Shown piece after piece: positions 55,504 through 64,000 of a DNA stretch of 64,000 nucleotides. A program made the translations under genes and the position numbers. The notes under the pieces are model-generated. The model was not told where the DNA came from. It saw nothing but the letters and a program-made list of their open reading frames with translations, and ran no database searches. Source of the DNA: an uncultured Verrucomicrobiota bacterium (GTDB lineage Bacteria > Verrucomicrobiota > Kiritimatiellia > JAAZAB01). The DNA lies in assembly GCA_964475405.1 (NCBI GenBank), contig CAYYWX010000009.1, positions 2,407-66,406 of the forward strand. The letters are read 5' to 3'. The number at the start of each line of letters is the position of its first letter. The first letter of the stretch is position 1.

Positions 55504-57354
55504 CTACCCTTCCGGAAAAATCATTGCGTTGCTGAATTCCGACTGAAACTCCGGTGAAAGAGAAAGATCAACATGTTTCACGACGCGCACTATTCGCGAG
55601 GCGTATTCCTTCTCGGCCACGGAAAGCACGGCGCGCTTCGCTCCCATCAGGGAGGCGTTGCCGATAAAACGGACCCGCTCGCCGGGCACGGGCGGAAGCA
55701 GTCCGATCCGGCGCGCGTGATTTCTCCTGATAAAATTGCCGAACGCGCCCGCCAGCAAAACGCTCTCGATTTTCTCCGGCGCGAGCTTTTCCATGCTTAA
55801 AAGAATGTTAATCCCCGACCGGATCGCGGCATTCGCCAGTTGCAGCTCGCGGATGTCCTTCTGGGTTATGAGCAGCGGCTGGCCGGAAACGGTCTCGGAC
55901 TTATGCGCCAGGATGAAGGCGACATGCCCGTCTTTTTCCACGAATCGTTTTTTGAGCGAAGAGGGCATCCCGGCCGGCAGTTCCGAGGGGAGCAGTATCC
56001 GCCCGGTCTGGTCCAGCGCGCCGAGGCGCAGGAGCTCGGCTACCAGGTCAATCAGTCCCGAACCGCACAACCCGGCCGGCCGTGTATTGCCGATGACGTT
56101 ATAGACAACGTCCTCGTCAATCACGACCTTTTCTATCGCGCCCCCGGTGGCGCGCATCCCGCATGAAATTCGCGCGCCTTCAAACGCCGGCCCGGCCGCC
56201 ACCGATGTGGCCATGATCCTGTCCTTGTGCTTCAGGACGATTTCGCCGTTCGTGCCGATGTCCACAAAGAGCACCGTTTCCTCATGGTGCATCAGCCGGC
56301 TGGCGACAAGCCCGGCGACCGTGTCCCCCCCGACAAACCCGCCGATTTGCGGGAACACATAGACGCGCCCGTTTGGATTGATATCCAGCCCCATTTCCGG
56401 GGCGTGGAGTTCAAGCGCGTCGGTAAAGGCCGGGACGAAAGGCATTTCGCCCAGCGCCGAAGGATCTATCCCGCAGGCGATCTGCTGCATGGTGGTGTTG
56501 CCCGCCAGGACCACCTCGTAGACATCGCCATGGCCGATCTTGCCGTCGCTCACCAGCTTGTCGATGATGTCGTTCATCGCCCCGATGATTATGCGCTGGA
56601 GCTGGCTCAGCCCCTTCTTGTCCTCCCGGCACAGGCGGATCCGCGAAATTACGTCATCGCCGAAAGAAGTCTGGGGATTTATCCGGGCGTCCACCGCCAC
56701 GTCGGCGCCGTTGTTGAGATTCACCAGCGCGCCGACCAGGGTGGTTGTCCCGATGTCCATCGCGACGCCAAAGCATTTTGACGTGGTATCGCCAGGTTCA
56801 AAATCAATCAGCTCGTGGTCCGCCAGGACAACCGTGCCCTTGAACTTGTCCCGCCTCAGCGCCGCCGGGAGCAACCGCATGGTGGCGATTGAAATGTCAT
56901 TAAAAACCGCGGGCTTGACGGCCGCACGGAGGCGCTCGACATCCGAGAGCGCGTTGTCCTGGTCCGGCTCGCCCAGGTCAACGTAAAACTTGCCGACCGC
57001 CGGCTGCAAGTGGAACTTTTCATCGGAGCCCCTGGTGAGAATCTGCTGTTGTGACTCAAAAAGCGATTCGGTCGGGATTTCAACCGTAAGGTCGCCGCCG
57101 GCCTTCGCCTGGCAGGCAAGCCGGAAACCCTTTTCAATGTTTTCCGCGCCGAGAACGGCCAGGCAGGTGGCGGACGGCTTGCAGTTTCCGCCCGTAATCC
57201 GCACCTTGCATTTGCCGCATTTGCCCGTGCCGCCGCAAGGCGTTTGCAGGATAATGCCGGCTTGCGCCGCGGCTTCCAGGAGAATGGTGTCCGGCAGGAC
57301 GTAAACCTGGCGCCCGGCCGGCTCAAAAACAATTTTATATTCAATTCTTTTCAT
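55504..57354 (-). CDS. 2Fe-2S ferredoxin-domain / ASKHA ATPase protein (RACo-like corrinoid reductive activase family, DUF4445)
   Basis: N-terminal plant-type ferredoxin cysteines (CGGTGKCGKCKV ... C) and a C-terminal ASKHA/acetate-kinase-like fold (DIGTTTL..., GNTTM). Confidence 0.65.
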   Translation of the reverse strand: MKRIEYKIVFEPAGRQVYVLPDTILLEAAAQAGIILQTPCGGTGKCGKCKVRITGGNCKPSATCLAVLGAENIEKGFRLACQAKAGGDLTVEIPTESLFESQQQILTRGSDEKFHLQPAVGKFYVDLGEPDQDNALSDVERLRAAVKPAVFNDISIATMRLLPAALRRDKFKGTVVLADHELIDFEPGDTTSKCFGVAMDIGTTTLVGALVNLNNGADVAVDARINPQTSFGDDVISRIRLCREDKKGLSQLQRIIIGAMNDIIDKLVSDGKIGHGDVYEVVLAGNTTMQQIACGIDPSALGEMPFVPAFTDALELHAPEMGLDINPNGRVYVFPQIGGFVGGDTVAGLVASRLMHHEETVLFVDIGTNGEIVLKHKDRIMATSVAAGPAFEGARISCGMRATGGAIEKVVIDEDVVYNVIGNTRPAGLCGSGLIDLVAELLRLGALDQTGRILLPSELPAGMPSSLKKRFVEKDGHVAFILAHKSETVSGQPLLITQKDIRELQLANAAIRSGINILLSMEKLAPEKIESVLLAGAFGNFIRRNHARRIGLLPPVPGERVRFIGNASLMGAKRAVLSVAEKEYASRIVRVVKHVDLSLSPEFQSEFSNAMIFPEG

Positions 57355-57450
57355 GATTGTCCAGGTTCACATTGAGCAACAACCTTCAGCCTTCAGACTT
57401 TTTATCCGTCCTCTGGATGCAAATATACATGAAACCATTTTCTTTACAAA

Positions 57451-57798
57451 TCATTCTTCCGGATCATCTTCCTCATCCTCGGCGCCGGTGATCCGGCGGT
57501 ATGCGAACCTGATAACCGGGCCGACCGCGTAAAAGCCGAAGGTTGAAAGCGCGCCGAATAAAAAAATACGCGCGAGCCCGGAGGGGTTATTCGGCAATCC
57601 CTCCGCCACGGCCTGCGACTGCGGCCCGTAATACAGCATGACCAGGACAATGAGGATGACCGGCACCGGCAGGACCCACCCCAGCAGGTGCTTCGCGTAA
57701 TGCTCGATCGGCAGCAGCCAGACGACGCGCACGATGAACGCCGTCGCGGCTGTTCCCGCGGCGTAGGCCGCCAATAATTTAAGCAGATGTTCGCTCAT
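57451..57798 (-). CDS. small membrane protein with an acidic C-terminus
   Basis: 115 aa with 3 hydrophobic helices and a C-terminal EDEEDDPEE. Confidence 0.4.
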   Translation of the reverse strand: MSEHLLKLLAAYAAGTAATAFIVRVVWLLPIEHYAKHLLGWVLPVPVILIVLVMLYYGPQSQAVAEGLPNNPSGLARIFLFGALSTFGFYAVGPVIRFAYRRITGAEDEEDDPEE

Positions 57799-58012
57799 CT
57801 AATCTAAATCCGCACGTAAGCAAACTAATTGACCGGTAGTTTATTAACGCACTCCAATAACGACGGCTCAGCCAGAGACTTCGCCCCACCTTTAAAACAT
57901 CACACGACGATTGTCATTCAAGGTAGGGCGAGGCGTCCCTGCCGAGCCGCTCCAAATGGGCATTACCGCATGTTGGGTCTCCGATTCGCACGTGTTACGT
58001 ACGGATCGGGGT

Positions 58013-58534
58013 CTAGCAAACGATCGCAGAAAAGACAGGATATTTCGACAGCTTTGTCCGCCCTTTCAAAAACCCCAGTTCAATTAAAAACGCGATTTCA
58101 ACGATCTTACCGCCCAGTTTTTCGACCATTTCCGCCGTGGCGGCCGCCGTGCCGCCGGTGGCAAGCAGGTCGTCAACGATCAGAATGGTCTCGCCCGGCT
58201 TGATGGCGTCGACATGCATGCTGAGCGTGGCGGAGCCGTATTCAAGCTCATACGACTGCTCGATGGTCTGGAACGGCAATTTCCCCTTTTTGCGGACGGG
58301 TATGAAGCCGGCACCCAGCTTTAATGCCACCGCGGCGCCGAAAATAAAACCGCGCGCGTCCACCGCCGCGACCTTCGCGATGCTTCCCTTCGCGTGGCGC
58401 TTGCAGAGGATATTAATGGCGTTCTTGAAAAGTTTCGGATCGCCCAGGATCGGCGTGATGTCCTTGAAGATGACGCCCTTTTGCGGAAAGTCAGGAATGT
58501 CGCGGATGGCTGATTTCAGTTTTCGAATGCTCAT
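58013..58534 (-). CDS. apt: adenine phosphoribosyltransferase
   Basis: 173 aa. PRPP motif ILIVDDLLATGGT. Confidence 0.9.
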   Translation of the reverse strand: MSIRKLKSAIRDIPDFPQKGVIFKDITPILGDPKLFKNAINILCKRHAKGSIAKVAAVDARGFIFGAAVALKLGAGFIPVRKKGKLPFQTIEQSYELEYGSATLSMHVDAIKPGETILIVDDLLATGGTAAATAEMVEKLGGKIVEIAFLIELGFLKGRTKLSKYPVFSAIVC

Positions 58535-58554
58535 TGTTTCGCTCCTTTGTTATT

Positions 58555-59307
58555 TCACTGCCGGTTGTCGCCCGGCGCCTTGTTCAAAATCATTTTTATC
58601 ACTTCCGAGGCCGCAAGCAAACCAAATATTCCGGTCATATAAGACAAACTGCCGATCGGCCGGCGGGGTCGCCCCTGCGGAAAGAACGGTTCCTCAACCC
58701 CGACCGGCGCGCCTTTGTTGCGCGGATCCTCGATTGAATACACGCAGCGAATGCCGGTCGTGACCCCTCTCCGGCGCAGGCGCTTGCGGACGCAGCGCGC
58801 CAGCGGACAGACATCGGTTTCCGATATGTCCCCGAGCCGGATGGCGCCCGGGTCCATGCGGGTGGCGGCGCCCATGCTGGAAACAACCGGGATGCCGAAA
58901 CGCGCCGCGGAGGCGATCAATTCCACCTTGGGCGTCACGCTGTCAATGGCGTCCACGACGGCGTCGAGCGGTCCGGCCAAAAGTTCGGCAAGCGTGTTTT
59001 TTGCCGCGAATACCTGCAGGGCTTCCACGGTGCAATCGGGGTTAATATCCAGAACACGCGCCCGGGCCGCTTCCGTCTTGGGCTTGCCCAGGGTTGATTC
59101 CAGCGCGTATAACTGGCGGTTAATATTGCTCGGGCGGATGCAATCGCAATCCACCAGACGGAAGTACCCGACGCCGGCCCGGGCCAGGGCTTCCACCGCG
59201 TAGGAGCCGACCGCCCCCAGGCCGAATACGGCCACCCGGGCGCGCTTGAGTTTCCCGAGGGCTTCCTTCCCTATCAATTGCTCCGTCCTGTTGAAACGAT
59301 CTGTCAT
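58555..59307 (-). CDS. tcdA: tRNA threonylcarbamoyladenosine dehydratase (ThiF/E1-like)
   Basis: VAVFGLGAVGSYAVEALARAGVG nucleotide-binding fold and TcdA/CsdL-like pattern. Confidence 0.75.
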   Translation of the reverse strand: MTDRFNRTEQLIGKEALGKLKRARVAVFGLGAVGSYAVEALARAGVGYFRLVDCDCIRPSNINRQLYALESTLGKPKTEAARARVLDINPDCTVEALQVFAAKNTLAELLAGPLDAVVDAIDSVTPKVELIASAARFGIPVVSSMGAATRMDPGAIRLGDISETDVCPLARCVRKRLRRRGVTTGIRCVYSIEDPRNKGAPVGVEEPFFPQGRPRRPIGSLSYMTGIFGLLAASEVIKMILNKAPGDNRQ

Positions 59308-59348
59308 TTTCCCTTGTCCTAATGCGGGCTATTCCCGCAACCCAAGTT

Positions 59349-59398
59349 CGCCGCACACCGTGCGGCGCTACAGTTGTAGTGCGTCACAGTGTGACGCA
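59349..59398. promoter_or_regulatory. three consecutive palindromes / hairpins in the tatD-tcdA intergenic region
   Basis: CGCCGCAC-acc-GTGCGGCG (59349-59367), CTACA-gt-TGTAG (59368-59379), and the perfect 19-nt palindrome TGCGTCACA-g-TGTGACGCA (59380-59398). They lie 42-90 nt upstream of the tcdA start. Confidence 0.4.
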
Positions 59399-59472
59399 TT
59401 GTTTCCTTGTTTTTCTTCGCTGCTCCCGATGGTTAAGACACTTCCGGCCATACCAGATTAAATCACGATTGG

Positions 59473-60246
59473 TCATTTGGCAATTGAAGAGAACAATCTT
59501 TCCGCGTTTCCAAATGTCAATTCCGCCACCGCCTCGACCGGTTCATTCAGCAAGGCGGACGCCGCGCGCGCGACCAGCGGCAGATTGGCCGGCTCGTTAA
59601 ACGTTCCTTCCGCGCCGACCGGAGTGATGTCGGGACTGTCGGTCTCCAGCAGGAGGCGCTCTTTTGAAACGGCCAGCAAAGATTTGGCCCCGCGCTTGCT
59701 GCCCGGGCGCGTTATGGCGCCACTGAATGAAATGCTCAATCCCATTTCTTCAAGCGGCCGCACAAGTTCAGGCGAGCCGGAATAAGTGTGCATCATCCCG
59801 CCGTATTTGACGCCGCCCTCCTGCTTCAGGATTTCCAGCATCCGGCCCCAGGCCTGGCGGCAATGGATAGTGACCGGGCGCTTTAATTCGCGCGCCAGGC
59901 GCAATTGCGCGATAAACGCCTCCTCCTGCGCGGCCAGGTCGCTTGCCCCCGGAAAATTATCCAGGCCGATTTCCCCCACCCCGGACGGCACCGAGAGCAG
60001 GAATGACCTGAGCTTTTCCAGCCAATTACCGGACCTCCCGGGGACATGCAACGGATACAGGCCGAACGAGGGCGATACGTTCTTGTATTCAAACGCGATG
60101 TTCCGGACCGCCTCCCAGTCCTGTTCCTCGCTGCCGCAGCATGACATGCGGACGACTCCCGCCGCGCCGGCCCGGGCCATCACATGCTCCAGCCGGTCGC
60201 CAAATCGTTTGTCCTGCAAATGACAATGCGCGTCAAAAAGGTTCAT
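59473..60246 (-). CDS. tatD: TatD-family metal-dependent hydrolase
   Basis: DAHCHL start and typical TatD His/Glu/Asp positions. Confidence 0.85.
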   Translation of the reverse strand: MNLFDAHCHLQDKRFGDRLEHVMARAGAAGVVRMSCCGSEEQDWEAVRNIAFEYKNVSPSFGLYPLHVPGRSGNWLEKLRSFLLSVPSGVGEIGLDNFPGASDLAAQEEAFIAQLRLARELKRPVTIHCRQAWGRMLEILKQEGGVKYGGMMHTYSGSPELVRPLEEMGLSISFSGAITRPGSKRGAKSLLAVSKERLLLETDSPDITPVGAEGTFNEPANLPLVARAASALLNEPVEAVAELTFGNAERLFSSIAK

Positions 60247-60294
60247 GTTTTCAGCGCCTAGTGGAATGTATCATGCAAATGTATGTTTATGGGT

Positions 60295-60399
60295 TGTCAT
60301 GCTGCCTGCCCGCCATAGCATATTTGCGACGGCGGGAGAGTAGCGAAGCATCTCCATTAAAACGAGATTCCTCTCCGCCTGCGGCGGATCGGAATGACA
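60295..60399. repeat. intergenic hairpin element, copy C (TGTCAT...GAGGAATCTC family)
   Basis: tgtcatgctg...gcgaagcatctc, then cattaaaac, then gagattcctctccgcctgcggcggatcggaatgaca. Lies between queG and tatD. Confidence 0.6.
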
Positions 60400-60490
60400 G
60401 CCCCATGATTTTTAAAGTTTTTTCGGTCTCATAAATTCATTTACATTACACTATCATTCAAAAGAATACCTGGAAAATATTTCGCGGATA

Positions 60491-61435
60491 TTATCCCGGC
60501 TTCTGATTTCCGAATTCTGACTTCTTCGTGTTGACCAGCGCGATCCTGGCATTCCTGCGCAAGCGTTCCAATCCAAGGCGTTTAACGGGAGTTTTCCGGA
60601 ACAATTTCTGAAATTCCATCTCGTCAAGCGCGCTTAACTCGGCGGGCGATAAATTAGCCGATGGCGAAAGATCGAATTCCGGGATGAGCGGCGCTTGAGC
60701 GCGCCGGTTCCAGGGACAAACCGACGTGCAACGGTCACAGCCATATACCGAGTCACCGAAGCACTTGGCGATTTCGGGATCTATTTCGCCCTTATGTTCA
60801 ATCGTCAAATAAGTAATGCACCGGCGCGCGTCAATTAAACCGCCGGGCAGGATGGCGCCCGTCGGGCAGGCTTTCACGCAAAGGTTGCAATCGCCGCATT
60901 GCGCCTGGACCTCAGGACTCTGTTCAAACTCGATATTGACCAGCAATTCCCCGAGAAAAAAGCAGCACCCCAGTTCGGGGTTGACCACGCTGCCCTGCTT
61001 GCCGAGCCAGCCGATCCCGGCCCGTACCGCCCACTCCCTTTCGGAGATCGGCTCGGAATCCACGCAAGCGCGCCCGCCGACCGGCCGGCCGCATTTTTCG
61101 GCGATAATTTCCGAAAGTTTCGCCAATTTTAATTTCAAAACGTCGTGATAATCCGCGCCCCGGGCATAGTTTGAGATCGGGGCTTGAACATTTGAGGAGG
61201 GATACCTGGCGGCAACGACAATCATTGACTTGGCCTGCGGCTCGATATTACGCGGATCAGACCTCAAGGCCGCGTGCCGTTTCAGGTAATGCATCCCAGC
61301 ACAATATCCCTTTTCCAGCCATTGCCGGATTATTTCTCCCGAGCGGCTGGGTCCCACGCGGGCAAACCCGACCGAGCTGAAGCCGAGCGCGCGGGCCTGT
61401 TCGCGAATGTATTCTTCGATTTTCACGGGTGACAT
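60491..61435 (-). CDS. queG: epoxyqueuosine reductase
   Basis: Two 4Fe-4S cysteine clusters (CGDCNLCVKACP, CDRCTSVCP) and an N-terminal cobalamin-binding-like region typical of QueG. Start chosen at MSPVKIEEY. Confidence 0.8.
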   Translation of the reverse strand: MSPVKIEEYIREQARALGFSSVGFARVGPSRSGEIIRQWLEKGYCAGMHYLKRHAALRSDPRNIEPQAKSMIVVAARYPSSNVQAPISNYARGADYHDVLKLKLAKLSEIIAEKCGRPVGGRACVDSEPISEREWAVRAGIGWLGKQGSVVNPELGCCFFLGELLVNIEFEQSPEVQAQCGDCNLCVKACPTGAILPGGLIDARRCITYLTIEHKGEIDPEIAKCFGDSVYGCDRCTSVCPWNRRAQAPLIPEFDLSPSANLSPAELSALDEMEFQKLFRKTPVKRLGLERLRRNARIALVNTKKSEFGNQKPG

Positions 61436-61867
61436 GATAACAACGATCCGGACAAATATCAATGAATGTGCCGGGGTAAAATTATTGATTACCACTCCAG
61501 CGATTTGGCGAGAGCGGATTTGCGAAAGGCTAAGACTTCAGCAAAGCATGATTGACCGGCTGGCGCCGTGATTTATATTGGTTGACGGCGGAAGAAATTA
61601 AATTTACGAAAAAAAGTACAAGCTGATAAAAATAGTTTACTAATTTGCATTGGCATATTAGAATTTAAAAAAACAAACCAATATATGTTTGGCAAATGAA
61701 ATGATGAACCGACAAACCAGAGAAAGGATGGCGAGCGTGATCCGATCGTGCATAAACGAAGAGATCGCCGCGTTCGATTTTGACTATGCGCCTGCATAAG
61801 TCATCGGCAAATCCGGACTATCGCGCTTTGTGCTCAGTCTGGCTTGGGGCGTGCTTAAAAGATAAAA

Positions 61868-63022
61868 ATGAATAGACAAAATGAAATCCATTGGGCGCGT
61901 TGGCTATTCCTGCCAACAGCGCTCCTCGCCATGATCATTTTATTACCCCTTGGATTCACGGCATTTAAGGACTTTGCATCGCGCAGCAGTGCGTTGGAAT
62001 ACTGGTACTGGAAACCGTTTTGGTTCGACCTTAGCGTTGGGATGATCTGCGCCGTCGCTTGGGTATTGATCATCGTGGCGATTGCGCCAACGCGCCGCAT
62101 CACCGCCGCCGGGCTGTCTCTCCTGCCAGGCGCATGGCTTGCGTGGTTTATAATTGGTGACAGTACGTTCATGGTACATCTCGAAGGACTGAATTTCTTC
62201 CGGACGCGCTCGCCAACGTACCTAACATGGTGGGCCGGACTTGCCGCTCTAGTTGTCATCTGGCGCATCGCCCGACGCCGGGGCGGAACCACGGCAGCAT
62301 CGCACGACGTTGGCAAGGGCATGCGGAAGGCAATACTCGCAGTGGCCATCTTCCAGTTTCTGGTCATTGTTTTGCCGGCGATGTTCATCCTCTGGCGATT
62401 CGTAACATACACACGGATCAACGACCTCATCACGGCTGGACCAGAAGAAAAGGCCATTCGTTGCGTTGAGGAGGCTCACAGGAATTTACTCTACAATCTT
62501 GACTGGACACTTCCGCAGACACTCGGAAAGATTCCGCTTGGATACAAAATCTACGCGACGCTCGTGGGGTGCACATCATGTGCGGGACACTGGAGAACCC
62601 CGCTTCTTGTCGCCGCCGGTCATGGTCGCGTAAATGTTTTGAAAAAAATACTCGACCTTCGAGGTTCAGTCGACTACTACGGAGACTCTGGCACGTCAGC
62701 ACTATCGGCGGGCCTCAAGCACCCAGCAGTTCTGAAACTTCTTCTCTGCCGTGGAGCAGATCCTAAAGTGAAATCAAAAGCATTCGGAGAATCCATTATT
62801 CACCTTGCTGTACTGCAGAAGGTGGACGAGGACACCATGCTCTCTCTCATTAGTTCAGGAGTCGATATCAATGCGACCGATTCACGCGGTTGGACGGCGC
62901 GCGACGTGGCCACCGTATGGAACACCAACGCCATCCCATTCCTCGTCTCCCACGGCGCGATCTGCGGAAGCAATCACTCAGTCGCACTGCCGGTGAATAA
63001 CGCGGGAAAAACAAAGCAATAG
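61868..63022 (+). CDS. polytopic membrane protein with C-terminal ankyrin repeats
   Basis: Six or more TM helices in the N-terminal 230 aa. ANK-repeat consensus in the C-terminus (TPLLVAAGHGRVNVLKKIL, AVLKLLLCRGADP, IIHLAVL). Lower GC than the surrounding genes by eye. Confidence 0.6.
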   Translation: MNRQNEIHWARWLFLPTALLAMIILLPLGFTAFKDFASRSSALEYWYWKPFWFDLSVGMICAVAWVLIIVAIAPTRRITAAGLSLLPGAWLAWFIIGDSTFMVHLEGLNFFRTRSPTYLTWWAGLAALVVIWRIARRRGGTTAASHDVGKGMRKAILAVAIFQFLVIVLPAMFILWRFVTYTRINDLITAGPEEKAIRCVEEAHRNLLYNLDWTLPQTLGKIPLGYKIYATLVGCTSCAGHWRTPLLVAAGHGRVNVLKKILDLRGSVDYYGDSGTSALSAGLKHPAVLKLLLCRGADPKVKSKAFGESIIHLAVLQKVDEDTMLSLISSGVDINATDSRGWTARDVATVWNTNAIPFLVSHGAICGSNHSVALPVNNAGKTKQ

Positions 63023-63171
63023 GATTCCAATCGGGGCGGAAATTGATTAGAACCTGTCTCAATAATGCGCGATTCAAAAACAGGCGGTTGAATTTTCGCA
63101 AGGAAAATGGCAACATTAAACGTTAAGAAATATCCGGAACAATGAATGCCGAATGAACTCGCGGAGCAGAT

Positions 63172-63376
63172 ATGGACAAGGAAATCGTAGTTCAATTACA
63201 CGCCAGTTTTGAGGACATGGTTCAAAAAGATCCCAAAACGGGCACGGAATTTTGGAGCCGTTATTGACAAAGCCATAACCGTTTGCCGGAACGCTGGCTA
63301 TGATCCGCGCGACCATTTTGCGCATGTCAGCAAAATGGTTGACCTTGGATCTGGCGCCAGGCACGAAATTGATTAA
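63172..63376 (+). pseudogene. frameshifted, internally deleted remnant of a Bro-N/DinD-like gene
   Basis: One frame gives MDKEIVVQLHASFEDMVQKDPKTGTEFWSRY*. The +1 frame gives AVIDKAITVCRNAGYDPRDHFAHVSKMVDLGSGARHEID*. Together they recall the FWSARELxxxLGY...VIxKAxxAC...DHFxxVxKMVxIGSGA pattern of DinD/Bro-N proteins (from memory). Confidence 0.3.
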
Positions 63377-63403
63377 TGTCGGAATACGGAATGAACAAAA
63401 AAA

Positions 63404-64000
63404 ATGAGCGATGAGATTCAAAACACACCGGCAGTCAACGCTACGGTGCCAAAGGAACGGCCGCCGTTCAACGAAGTGTCCGTCTTGTTTCCGCTGCTGA
63501 CATTTTACACCGCCGCATACCTCGGTCTCATGATCGCGGATTTTGTCCTCAAGGGGGCATTCAATCTGCCGGACGGCATGCTGCCCGTTTATATCGCCCT
63601 GCTGGGCGCGTATGCGGCGGACAAGGAAATCCGGCGCTGGATCGGCACGCCGGAGCCGGCCCGGAAAGGGTCCCTTTTCGTCTATCTCTGGCTCTTGTTC
63701 TTCCTGGCGGCCTATATCATTTACAGCTTCCGGCCGGAGTACGTCATGCCCAACAACCTGACGTCCGTCTGCCTCCAGGTGCTGGCCGTCTTTTTCGGAT
63801 CGAAAGCCTCAAAGTACGTCTGGGAATCGCGGAGCCAGTCCATGGCGCCCGCCGTTCTGAGCCGGCGGCAGGACCAGGTGATTGAGATGATCAAGGCGCG
63901 GGGCAGGATTAAGAACAGCGATGTGGCCGCTCAACTCGGTATTTCACGCGCCACGGTCCAACGCCTGCTTTCGGACATGGTTGCCAACGGGATGATCCGG
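63404..64000 (+). CDS. membrane protein with a C-terminal DeoR-like helix-turn-helix (partial; runs off the window end)
   Basis: Open frame from the ATG at 63404 to the window end, with no stop. Three hydrophobic helices, then KNSDVAAQLGISRATVQRLLSDMVANGMIR. Confidence 0.5.
   Translation, partial: MSDEIQNTPAVNATVPKERPPFNEVSVLFPLLTFYTAAYLGLMIADFVLKGAFNLPDGMLPVYIALLGAYAADKEIRRWIGTPEPARKGSLFVYLWLLFFLAAYIIYSFRPEYVMPNNLTSVCLQVLAVFFGSKASKYVWESRSQSMAPAVLSRRQDQVIEMIKARGRIKNSDVAAQLGISRATVQRLLSDMVANGMIR

Noticed and set aside
57799-58012. 214-nt intergenic region checked for small RNAs (tmRNA, SRP RNA, 6S) and for a degenerate hairpin-element copy (tgtcattcaagg... at about 57917).
   Set aside because: No SRP motif (AGGUCCGGAAGGAAGCAGC) and no tmRNA tRNA-like ends are present. 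The putative fourth repeat copy lacks the partner arm (ATGACA end).
61701-61799. 32-codon ORF (MMNRQTRERMASVIRSCINEEIAAFDFDYAPA) in the AT-rich spacer upstream of the ankyrin gene.
   Set aside because: No RBS and no recognisable family. It is plausible only because a promoter-like element lies about 30 nt upstream. Evidence is insufficient.
1-64000. Searched for CRISPR arrays, transposases or IS elements, integrases, restriction-modification systems, and toxin-antitoxin or other defence islands.
   Set aside because: I saw no regular direct-repeat and spacer array, no DDE or serine/tyrosine recombinase-like ORFs, and no methyltransferase/endonuclease pair. The only mobile-like signals are the hairpin-repeat family and the decayed Bro-N/DinD-like remnant.

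Overview
This is a 64 kb, high-GC (roughly 58-60% by eye), gene-dense bacterial chromosomal segment with genes on both strands. I found no IS elements, integrases, prophage blocks or CRISPR arrays. The content (many TPR proteins, an ExbB/ExbD motor module, a Ser/Thr kinase, DUF2752/DUF4190 membrane proteins, a GspC-like protein) suggests a Gram-negative anaerobe, possibly of the PVC superphylum, at low confidence. Most of the window is housekeeping. It carries smc with scpA/scpB, hisG/hisC, pheA, purN, trpS, argS, rsmB, pcm, apt and ctpA. It carries tRNA-modification genes (tsaD, tcdA, and the queuosine genes queC, queE, queD, queF, queG in three separate places). It also carries tRNA-Val and an RNase P RNA gene that the ORF track does not show. 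The unusual part is the left 10 kb. A CxxC AhpD-like gene and an ACR3 arsenite-efflux gene are followed by a tightly packed co-directional run of four uroporphyrinogen-decarboxylase/MtaA-family paralogs. Interleaved with these are an atypical orotate-phosphoribosyltransferase-like gene, a dihydroorotase-like gene, an argininosuccinate-synthase-like gene and a flavin-reductase-like gene. I treat this as a candidate undescribed pathway. Two readings are possible and neither is demonstrated: corrinoid-dependent methyl or metalloid transfer, or a non-canonical pyrimidine-like or ureido compound route. Other observations worth a second look: (1) a three-copy family of intergenic hairpin elements with conserved TGTCAT...GAGGAATCTC termini; (2) an unannotated 31-codon bS22-like small basic protein gene; (3) a ClpX-like AAA+ ATPase that lacks the zinc-finger domain and sits next to a nucleotidyltransferase-fold protein; (4) a Ser/Thr kinase fused through one transmembrane helix to an extracytoplasmic vWA domain; (5) ScpB with a poly-acidic tail of about 55 residues; (6) a RACo-type 2Fe-2S/ASKHA activase; (7) a run of three palindromes upstream of tcdA; and (8) a low-GC islet carrying an ankyrin-repeat membrane protein plus a decayed Bro-N/DinD-like remnant. 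Every functional call rests on by-eye motif and family recognition from the translations. No searches were run.
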